The notes under the pieces are model-generated. The model had not been told where the DNA came from. It saw only the letters and a program-made list of their open reading frames with translations, and made no database searches. This document shows, piece by piece, positions 11,981 to 22,954 of a stretch of 64,000 nucleotides of DNA. Both the position numbers and the translations under genes were made by a program. The stretch is from NCBI RefSeq assembly GCF_902652985.1, contig NC_047018.1, positions 37,820,001-37,884,000 on the forward strand, written 5' to 3'. The stretch comes from Pecten maximus (Eukaryota). Numbering within the stretch: position 1 is the stretch's first letter; each line of letters opens with the position of its first letter.

Positions 11981-14900
11981 TCATTCGGTCGGTCTCCATC
12001 CTTCTTTGATTCTCTCTAACTTTTTCAGGTGGAGAGGGTTAAGGGAGAACGGCTCCTTTGTCAGGTCAGTCGCGGATAAGGAAGCCAGGAAATCTCCATC
12101 AAGTTTTTCTTTCTCGCACAATTTCGCGAGATCTGGTAATCCACACTGACGAAGACACTCGACCAAATTCACCACAGTAAACGCCTTGAACTCGTTCGGT
12201 TTCTCTGGTTTTTCCGGAAGGGATTTTGAATTTGGCCTAACAGTGCCGACCGGCTTTGGTTTTTTCCCTATGGAAGACATGTCCGGGATTTTATCTATTG
12301 GCATTGTCGGTGGTTCCGCGGGTTGCGTGACTATGTCGGTTAGACTTGTTCTTGATCCCTCTTGTTTTTTCTTCCTTCCTCCAGTGAAAAACTGAAAATA
12401 CACACAATAAACCATATTTTATTAAGTTTGTACCATTGTTTCTAAATTCATACAGCAACGAAGATGACTTTTTAATTTTTTTTTTTTTTTTGTAGAGGGT
12501 TTGCAAGTCCTGCGAACCGGTGTTAATTATTGTTATGTACATGTATGATGGAAATCGCCTGAAAGTTTGGCTGCTTTAGTAAAATGGCAAACACGTGTTG
12601 CCGTTGAACTTCTTTTTAATTGTCAAAACTAAACATAAAAACAACTTCCGGTGATGGACGGACACAAATTACGTAATACAGTACACCAACAAACAAAAGT
12701 GACAGATTCCGGATACCCACTTGATGGTTAACAATATCATATATATATGTAACACAAGACGACAACAGAGGAAAACAAAACCATGGAGAGAAAGAGCACC
12801 CAGGAATGAAAGAAAAATAAGAAAAGAAAGAAAACAGAAAAAAGGACTCAAGACTTTCAATAACCTCCGAATACAAAGATACGGAAGAAAAACTCCCTGA
12901 TTCAGCATGGGTTTAACTTTTTGTCGCCTCCTACTATCAACATACAGTATAGACCTTACATCGGGGATTCTCTAATGTCCCCTTAACATCAGACTTTGCA
13001 GAAGCTGTCCTCAAATATGTAGGGTTGGGAGGTTATTACAATTAGCCGTTTGCATCTGCTTGTATTTATAGAAAAAATATATCCCTTACTATTTCTATAT
13101 ACAGTGTAGAAGGTTTTTTTCTGTAAATACCAGCCTGATTCAGACGCCTGTAGTTTATTATTAGTGCCTTGGTGAGTTGTAGAACCAGAGATATTTTGAG
13201 GTGTGTATCATATAAACAATATTTGAGATCAGGGGAAGTGTTGGAAACATATATACATACCTTAAAACCTTTCTTTTTCTTGTCTTTGTCCTTATCTTTG
13301 TCCTTGTCTTTGTTTTTCGCTTCTGAAATAAATAAATAAATAAATAAATAAAAAAAAAATTTGCAAAAATAAATAAATAACACGTTTTGGGTATCGTATA
13401 TATTTAAGTAGGCTTTGTCGTTGAAAGACGAATCTTTGCCTAACACGGACTTAAATTGATTATTTTTGCTGATTTGTTTTACTGAGTGATTGTTCAGTGT
13501 TATGTTAGAGCAGATACAATGTTGCTGTTTACGAGTATTAGCTTACCTTTGTCTCCTGGAAACGGACCCAACTCATCGTATATCCCTTCATCTGTAAAAC
13601 ATTACAGACTTTTGATACAGGGAGAAATAGAGATTAAATAATCATCTGTATATGTCCGTACAGACTTAATGAAGTTAAGATAAAGAAACGGAAACACACC
13701 TTCCCTTGTAAATTATAACATATTACTGCGCCAACTATAGAAATTAGTGTTAGAAGAACAACTTACCCTGCAATTTATCGTAGTGTTCCTCCGCGCCAGG
13801 TTGTAAACCTTGGTACACATGTTCCTGTTCTGTGGACAAAAACATCGGTAGATAAAGCATAAAGGGTATAAAATAAGACATTCTCTAAAATAAAAAGTTT
13901 ACACGTAATTGTATTTATCGCCAGTCCCGCTTTTTCGGTATAGCAAGTTTTAAGCAAACTCCAAAATTCTCAGTATTTTTTTTTTCAAACCACAAACCTC
14001 AAATTGATAATATAGAAGTACCCTTGTACATAATAGGTATGTGTAAATATTGATGCATTGCAAAACAAATATTAAATTTTGCAATCTTACATATTGTAAA
14101 AATTCAGCTAGATACCCCAAAATACCCCCAAAATCACGCTTGAAAACTGAGAAGAAAATATATCTGATTTATTATTGAATTCATTCCAATTTGGCTTTAA
14201 ACTGATTTGTAAATCAGTTGGAGAAGCAATATGGATTTTTTTTATCAATTTCTCAAAATATAAAACTTTTAACCGGTTAACTTCAACCCCATTTACATTC
14301 TGTTTACTTCAACCTCATTTACATTCGGTTAACTTCTATCCCTTCACATTCGGTTAACCTCTATCCCATTTACATTCGGTTAACTTCTATCCCTTCACAT
14401 TCGGTTAACTTCTATCCCATTTACATTCGGTTAACTTCAACCTCATTTACATTCGGTTAACTTCTATCCATTCACATTCGGTTAACCTCTATCCCATTCA
14501 CATTAATATTCGGTTAACCTCTATATGTGCTACACTACCATCATTGATTCTGCCTTCGTATCTTTCATGCATAAACAGTTATTGAAACCTCTGTATTCTA
14601 ATTATATCTGACCGACAGTTAAACAAGACACTGTCATGGAGTTTGAGACCCCCTTCCCTCTTTTTAATTCCCAACTCCTCGGGATCACACCAACCGTAAT
14701 GGGGTTGAACCATAGCCTTACCTTTGGCCTCTGACGTATTAGAAGGTTCCTGTTTGCGTAGTGGTTCAACATAATCATCACAACTTGACACCAGGGGCCT
14801 TGGCTCAACTGTAATCAAATAGCAATAATAAGTCACCATCATATTTAAATGCGATAACCACGTAACTTCCAATGTTGAATATGGTCAGATTTCCTCAGTT

Positions 14901-17900
14901 CTCATTGGTTAAACCATGGTCAAGTGGAGGTTAACATTTTGAGATATTAACCTGATGTTTTTATTTTAGAAACTTTCGGTTAATATGGTGTTATACTAAC
15001 CTGGTAGAGTTTAAAATATTGACCTCCGGCTTCTACCAGGTCGGTATATTGGACTCACCAAGGGTCCATAATTGATAAATAACTGTTTGGGTATTGGGGA
15101 CACCTTGTTGTCGTTTTCATAGTGTACATTCAAATGCCATAGCATGTCGGACACAGTAGCAAGGACAACCATTCATATTATACGGAAATAGTACTAGTCA
15201 AAGTTACGCCAACCTGAAAACTGATAGTTGGTGAGATGAAACTTAGCAACGGGTGGAGTCATGTAGGCGATAAATCCGATAATTTGCCTCTATCTCTTGA
15301 CGACGGGCATTTGATAGGTTTGCCTGACGGCGGCTGACATTGACCAAAAGTCTAAATCAGCAGGACGAGACACATACATGTATGTGGTCTACGCGTTAAC
15401 TATTATTGAACTGTTGCTAGCAATATATATACGTATTGCAGTACAATGGTATTGGGCCATTCTGCACGAGCCATTATTGTTCACACAGGGACCAGAAAAT
15501 TTGTCATACAGTCTATGGTGTTGGGACATATCCTAATGTGTTAGCACCTCTGTAAGTTAATACACCTAGACTGTAACAAAAACTGGTCCCTGTGGCTGCA
15601 TACATATAGCGATATCTGAATGAAAAAAACTTGTAGGACCCGGATGTCACATGCACATTGGATTGTAGGCCCCGGATGTTACAATTAGCTGTACTGTACG
15701 TAATAACAAACCAGATAAGTGTGTAGTATCTGATGACACATACGCTGGGATAGCTGTGTCTATAAAACAAATTACTAAAGTCAAATTCATTTCTCAGTAG
15801 AAGAGCCGGTATTGAACGCATAAAAATACCACCCAACACATTCAGGCTTACAAACTGTCACATGAAACGGTTAAACACTTCGTGGGACACTGAACACAGT
15901 ACAAACTATATAAGGTACAAAACACCTACAGGCCAAGATCTATATATCAGCTATGAATAACTGCCTGCTTCATCTAACTACTGAACATAGCACATTATTT
16001 GGAAAATCACAGGCTATAAAAATATTTGACACCATATACATAATACTTCTGAGTAATAAAGACATTTTAAAATAATGCAGGGCGACAAAAATAGAATGAT
16101 ATATAGGTATAGTTACCATCTGTAGCCAATTACATAAATATGTAACATGAGTTATATTTTTTTCCAATGTCTCGCTATTGAACAGGGAACCTCTGATTAA
16201 CTCAAGAGAAAATCTTTACTACAGTAAACTACTGCAGTAGTAGTTTACAGGGCGACGGTATAATATATACGGCAGTTTATATCTGAAACCTTTGTTGAGT
16301 AACGGGGAAAAGGACATATTGAAATAATGAAAAAAGCCTGACTCGTGCCCCTGACCAGATTAAAGCTGAAACTCTTTATGACAACTCGAACTTCTGAAAA
16401 AATGAGGTTGCATGTCACCATGGCAACGTAATAATAATTGATATTAATGAAGTCTTGTAACTAATGAGTCATCGACCTATTTTCTAGTTTTTATAATCCT
16501 CCAATAATGATTCGTTTGTCCTTACAGGAATTCTATAACTAACCAGTCTTACAGAGTACCTGTGTGGTTAAAATGTATTGACTGAACGTTTTTTTTTATG
16601 GCGATAAGACCAGTTACGTCTTTACTTGGTTTTCTATGATTGATGTCGTTATTGATTTCAAAATGAAGATGTCACCTGTACATCGGTTTTTATGACATGC
16701 ATTGTATTGAGATATGTCCAAGCTGTCAATGACTAAGAGACCTCCATATAATTACTCTGTTTTCGTACATAAACAATTAGTACAGGGGATAAAAAAAACA
16801 ACTTAATTACTCACTTGTTGAGGGAGTTGGTTTACGGGCGACTTTCCTCATAGGTAATTCCGGGGCTGGGGGTGGAGAAGGTGAGGGTGTGGAGGGGGCA
16901 ATAGGGAGGTCGTCTTCCGTGTGTAGGGACAGCGATGAGGGTGGACTTGATCTTCCTGGATAATACAAAGACACAACTATAAATATGACTATCGTGATAC
17001 CAAGATATATTAAGCTTGACAAATTAACGATAAAGACAGGAGTCCCTTTGTCATAGCAGATATCCAACTCCTTTTTACCACACTTATATTTTACGCAACA
17101 GAATACCATTGAATGGGTAATCCTGGTAACTTGATATTTTTATTTATTCCAGAGCATTTTCATTAGAATATGACATGACAATTACAGGGTGTTTGAGAAG
17201 TTCCATCTATATGTGAATTACATAATACGCTGTATGATTTATCTGATGTGTACACGTCCCCTGATAAGCTATATCGAGCTATGTAGAGGCCTCAGTAATC
17301 AATTTAGTCTTACGAGACTTACCAGAACTTCCACTACTGGCTCTCGGAGAGTTTTTCTTTTTATCCTTATCTTTTTCCTTTTTCTCTTTTTTGTTCTTCT
17401 TTGCGTTTTTGTCTTTTGGAGATTTTGGTCCGTCATCCTTGGTCGGGGATTTCGAGTCACGTGGAGATAACTTGATCTCCTCCCTTTTTGGTGAGGGAGG
17501 CGTTTTCACCCTAGGCGACATTTTCCGTTCGTCTCTATCTTGGGGTAAAGGCGGTGGCGAGACCACAGCGGTGGGGACGGGATCCTTTTTAACCGGAGTT
17601 GGTTTGACAGTTATCCAATGGTTGTCTTTCTGTATGTGTATATTCACTTTACTTGCCAAGTCGATGTAGAAACTTTCTTGGATTAATGTCCTGTCCACGG
17701 TCTGAGGAAAAAGTTTAGCCATCGTCGATTTATACATTTTATCATTCTTATCTGCTACGGCCTTGACCTTTATATCGTTAACGGCAGCACTGGCTTGGAG
17801 TGGAAACAAGGCCAGCGTTGGTTGAACTTTCTTTTTAACATTTCCGGGTCCACATGTGGGGGTCACTGAAGGTCTCAAGAGACCCACAATGACCTCGTGA

Positions 17901-18574
17901 CTTGTGACTCGGCTCAGTTTCAGGGTATCACTGATGGCACCACATTTCTCGCCGTTAAGGTCAGCTTTGGCCACCGTCTGAAACTGTGGGTCAAGAAATC
18001 GGACAGTCTGTGGGAAGTGTAGTCTGTCTACCACTTCCTGTAACGTATATGTCGTGTCGTCGGCCAGCAACCGGAATTTAATTTTATCCTTAGTTGTAAG
18101 GAGGAGTGTTCTATCGTTGAATTTGCAGTAAAGATTTGCCGTTCCTATAGCCTTGTCAAGCTCGAGCTTTGCTCCGGACGCTACCGCCACAGGTTTGCCA
18201 CTTCCCTCTTCTGTAGATGAGAAGCCATCCTCTACCTGTACATAACGTGGAAAGTCTTCTATGAGACCCTTAAGGGTTGTGTATATCTTGCTCCCCGCGT
18301 CCTCGCGAGCTATCCTCACCTTCCCCTCGTATCCAAGGGGTATGAATATGTCGTTGGTCTTGTCCCCACTGTCGGGACGTTTAGACACAAAACAGGCCGC
18401 TACCTTTTTAATAGCAATACCGAAGTCTAGTTTTAACAAATGGCCTTCTGAAAAGTCCGCGTGTGTACAGCCATTCACCACTTTAACCATACATGGTAGT
18501 CCAAGCTTGCTCACAGCTTCCTTGGCCGAGAGGAGATCGTTCGACCACACTACAACTGAATCCAAGTCCGCCAT
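11981..18574 (-). CDS. GAREM/THEMIS-like adaptor: CABIT domain, Pro/Lys-rich linker, Tyr motifs (ITAM-like), C-terminal SAM domain; 7 coding exons, 686 aa
   Basis: GT-AG exons 17323-18574, 16815-16955, 14722-14808, 13767-13829, 13547-13591, 13261-13322 and 11981-12391 join in frame (2061 nt). The N-terminus WS..L......LPCMVKV..G...IPLGYEGKV...Y.TL..LIEDFPRYVQV matches CABIT. The C-terminus LRQCGL...EKLDGDFL..L...L......L..LHLKKL..IKEGWRP matches the GAREM-type SAM ending GWRP. Confidence 0.88.
14275..14522. repeat. ~26-bp intronic minisatellite, ~9 copies
   Basis: Unit TTACATTCGGTTAACTTCTATCCCAT. Confidence 0.9.
15484..15594. mobile_element. Small MITE-like element
   Basis: Terminal inverted repeat CACAGGGACCAG...CTGGTCCCTGTG, extending imperfectly to ~30 bp; no clear TSD. 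Confidence 0.45.
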
Positions 18575-20588
18575 TGCTGAACACTTCCACTGTTTACCAT
18601 GGGTATTGGATCAATTCGCTGAGGAATGTGTGTTTAGTTTTGGTTACACAGCTTGTAGACGCTAGTTCAGTTAAAACTGGAGTGCCCGTCCCTACTCTAG
18701 TCAAACAAAGCTCAAGCGAGAACGGGTTTTAAAACGTGTCCGTTCAAGCATGGCCTACATACATGTACAGTAATTTCCATAATTGTGTAGTATATAGAAA
18801 ACACGTGGTCGATTCACCTGTAATCTCGTACACAAATATTAGTCCTATTAACCGGTATCGTCCTGGTGTAACGGGTCATTTCATTGACCAACGGTCAAGC
18901 CGGTGTGTGTTGAGATGTGCCAATAATTAAAGGAGATTATATCAAGGATTTTCTGCTTTTGAACGACTGAACCAATTCGGGCGTGACATGTCGTCTGCTA
19001 TGTGTGTTGTGTGTTTTTCGATGTTTTTTTAGCTAAAGAATACAATTTTTGTTCTAATTACTTTATGCCAAAACGTCTCTATAATGAGCCTATTGTATTT
19101 AACGAGGGATTGAAGTGTGTTAATATGTCACACTTCATAATTATGAGGTTTCAATTCGCGTATGGTACGCAAATTAAGTAGGTCTCTGCACACATAAACA
19201 ATTACCCTGGTTTATTTACAAATGGGATTTGAATAATTCATTATGCACCAGAATTACGTAACGTTAACATGCAGTCGCATTGTGCTGTAATGTCAGAATT
19301 TTCATTTATTTAATGTTTTAAATGATATCTCATATTTCATTATTAATAAAAATATCATTATCAGTGTTAATACATATAGTTACTGATTTTTGGTTATTTA
19401 GTTACATTTTGTCGAAATACATAGTACAAGCTCTCATGAACGTATTGGTATTGTGGTTATCGACGTACTTCGGAGTCCGTAGGCAACGGAGTGATTTACC
19501 TCGATATTTCACCATATAACTGGTAAATATCGATACATATAATATCAAATTGATTAGGAGAGTATACTGAACCATTGTGTGTAATCGGATGCAAAATTAT
19601 TCCAGAAATAACAGAGAGAATGACAAAAGGCAAAACCGGGAGTGCAAGAAGCATATCCCATGGAATCGTTTATTCAATTGTTTATTCAATTGATAAGCTA
19701 TAATAATCAATGATTATTTCGATATTCATCTAAATAAAACATCTCTCTCTCTCTCTCTCTCTCAATTTATAAATAAGACAGGCACCTATTCTTTCTGTTA
19801 TTACTCGAGTTTCTAATAGAAATCTATTCCTGGTGATATTATTCGAGTTGACGGTTGTAGCTTTTATAATACTGAACGTAAAATATAAATTGATTTAGAA
19901 ATGTTGATCTTCCAGTTATTTTTTCGTGCCCTGAGGACGACCGAGTGTTTGTCAGTGCACCACACGAGAGCACGACCCTTTAAAAAATAAATTAAGACTC
20001 TTATGGGAAGACACGTACCAGGTATATTGACGGATTTATATTGACCCCTGAGGGGCGGGCATCTTCTCACACAAAACGTCTTGACGAGTTTACGTTAAAA
20101 GGATACGAATACATGTCGCGACTTCGACTATCAACCTAAATATCATGCAGATGTTTAGACTCGTAGTCTTTTTGATGTTTGTGACCAACTGGTGAAAGCA
20201 TGCTAGATACAAGCATATTTGTTACGTCGAATGTATGATAAACAAACTTTAAGTAAATAATGGTGCAGACATAAACACTGCCTCTATATCCATATATTAA
20301 ATCACATTGTCATGAGATTGTTCAATGTTATAATTTATATTATAATTTTATCTGTATCACAGTTCAGTTGCTAATTTAAAGACCTTTCTATATAACTACA
20401 TATATACATGTATAAACAATATGTATATAAGATTAAGATATGACATCTAAATGTTTCTTCTCTTTTTATACTGTGTTTCTCGTTTTCTGAAGGGTCACAC
20501 TTATTCTACTCCATGACGGTCCACTTCAGCTGTAAGGCTGTTACCTCTTTTTCGAGTTTTGCAATTCTAGCTTCTTATTCCGGCATTA

Positions 20589-20809
20589 GGGTAACGGAGG
20601 CCGAGTGGTTAAGGTGTCCGACACTTTACACTTTATCCACCTCTGGGTTGCGAGTTCGAAACCTACGTGGGATAGTTGCCAGGTACTGACCGTAGGCTGG
20701 TGGTTTTTCTCCGGGTACTCCGGCTTTCCTCCACCTCCAAACCTGGCACGTCCTTAAATGACCCTGGCTGGTAATAGGACGTTAAACAAAATAAGCAAAA
20801 TAAATCAAA
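20589..20809 (+). mobile_element. Full-length tRNA-derived V-domain SINE with 13-bp TSD
   Basis: A-box GGCCGAGTGGTTAAGG, B-box GAGTTCGAAACC, V-domain GGTTTTTCTCCGGGTACTCCGGCTTTCCTCCA, A-rich tail. Perfect TSD TATTCCGGCATTA at 20576-20588 and 20810-20822. Confidence 0.9.
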
Positions 20810-21189
20810 TATTCCGGCATTATATGATTGCATCTATCTTCTATTTTTCTGTTCGTTTGAATTTTCTTTTCGATGGTCACTCTGCACGGAGGCCAAAACC
20901 ACATCATATAGAATATTGATGAAGCTACGACAAGCTTCTCTCAAAAAGCTCAGAAACAGGGATGTGTTTACGTAATATAACAGTAGCAATGATTGGAACA
21001 TACATTATAACAACACTAGAAATATTAACATTACCTAATAGATTACATACAACGGTAGTAAAATTATAAGACAGCGGACAGTGAAAGATAAAAAAATAAG
21101 TTAATTTGTTACATGGCATCACACGGTAACAACAAATCAGTAAGTACAACATTCAAAACTTCACAATTTAAGCCGTTTTTATTATTTGT

Positions 21190-22745
21190 ATAATATATGA
21201 GACTTCTTATATATTTACGATGTTAATGAGATATCTTATGTTATATATAAGATATCTCATAAAAGATATCAGATATCTCATAAACTTGTCTTTATAAGAA
21301 ATCTCATATACAATATACATGTATAATATATCATATATATTGAATAAGATATCTTATATAATATAAAAGATATCTGATATATTTTACAAGATATCTGATA
21401 AACTTTTCTGTTTGAGATATCTTATTTGAGATACACTATACTTATATAATATGTAAGATATCTTATAAAGAACGAGACTCTCGCGGAACCGGCAAAAAAT
21501 AAAAGTCCGAGAATGACTGCTCCCTCTGTAAGGTCACTTCCGTTATTTGTTGGAAGGCCAGCAGTTAGCCCGAGTTTCCTCTGGCCGTGTCACCATGTCT
21601 GGTGTAGGGCCAGAGCGCACTACTATATGAAAACGTGGAATTCTCCGACACCGTTTGGTGTCGCTAAGAATCTGGTGCAAATACAATAAAATCGGGAGTG
21701 ACATAACACCTACCTTACATATATGGATAAATGAGATATTTATTTACCCCAGAACACGCATTTAGTCCCACATAGGTGTTTTATTCCGTCCGTATAGACC
21801 CTCGCTTTACGCTAGTCAAAATTTCATACTGTTGACCCGCCATATTGTAAGTGATAGTACGACTAACCACCCGAATCGGAACGCAATGGACCGAAAAGAC
21901 CACATATCAGTTATTGTGTTTTTCTTCTTACATAGTTAAAATTAAGAAAACTAAGCTTATTATTTCCCAAAACCTGTTATATTCAATTCAAAAATTTATT
22001 TTTTATAAACTATAAGCGGTAAAATATATAAAAATAAATGTTGTATTTTTTTTTCTTTTCGCTCCATCGCGCACTGATCAGGGTAATTAGGCCACCCACG
22101 ACCTACATAGTTAGCAATATGGCGTCGAGTCAAGTATGAAATTTTCACTAGCGTAAAGCGAGGGTCTATACGGATGGAATAAAACACCTATGTGGGACTA
22201 AATGGGTGTTCTGGAGTAAATAAATATCTCATTTATCCATATATGTAAGGTAGGTGTTATGTCACTCCCGATTTTATTGTATTTGCACCAGATTCTTAGC
22301 GACACCATACGGTGTCGGAGAATTCCACGTTTTCATATAGTAGTGCGCTCTGGCCCTACATCAGACATGGTGACAGGGCCAGAGGAAACTCGGGCTAGCC
22401 AGCAGTATGGCTAAACGAGTGGCCGAGACGGCGACTGCCCCAATCAACAGAATAAAATGAAAACATATCATGAATATGACAATTTTAAATCTGTATCAAA
22501 CCATTGTATGAAGTTTCAGTCAGCTTCTGTCATGTGTTCCGATGAGATTTTCTCGGCTCCGTCATCGAGTGGAGGACAGTTCCTTATCTCAAATTCAAAT
22601 ATATATAAAATATATAAGACATCTCTTTCTTTATAAGATATATGAGATGTCTTATATATCATATACATATAAGATATCATATCTTTTATGAGATACCTTA
22701 TATAATATATACATTAATTGTATACATATTTTATATATATCTCTC
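21190..22745. mobile_element. Older foldback-like element with (AGATATCTTATA)-rich inverted arms, host to the nested TIR element
   Basis: Arms at ~21190-21470 and ~22585-22745 are rich in gagatatcttata/tataagatatct in inverted arrangement; another remnant lies at ~28390-28500. Confidence 0.5.
21566..22397. mobile_element. Non-autonomous DNA transposon, ~280-bp TIRs, TAG...CTA termini, 9-bp TSD (AcademH-like or MULE-like)
   Basis: TAGCCCGAGTTTCCTCTGGCC...GGCCAGAGGAAACTCGGGCTA; TIRs ~21566-21847 and ~22115-22397; TSD GCCAGCAGT at 21557-21565 and 22398-22406. Confidence 0.9.
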
Positions 22746-22954
22746 GGTACAACTACGACAGGAAATTCAAATCTATATCTTCGGATCACCAACACATACA
22801 TGTAGTGTATATGATACATTGTGCTAATAAATAAATACATATATAACTTACCAACACAAATGACGAAGGAAAACAACTTTTTGACTCGTGCCCTGACCGG
22901 GCCTCGAACTCACGATTGTAACATGTTATATATATATATATATATTTCAATATC

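Noticed and set aside
15205-15350. Additional exon of the GAREM-like gene
   Set aside because: It is AG/GT bounded but has a stop in the required phase-1 frame.
20589-20670. Functional tRNA gene
   Set aside because: The tRNA-like head continues into a V domain and tail and is flanked by a TSD, so it is a SINE.
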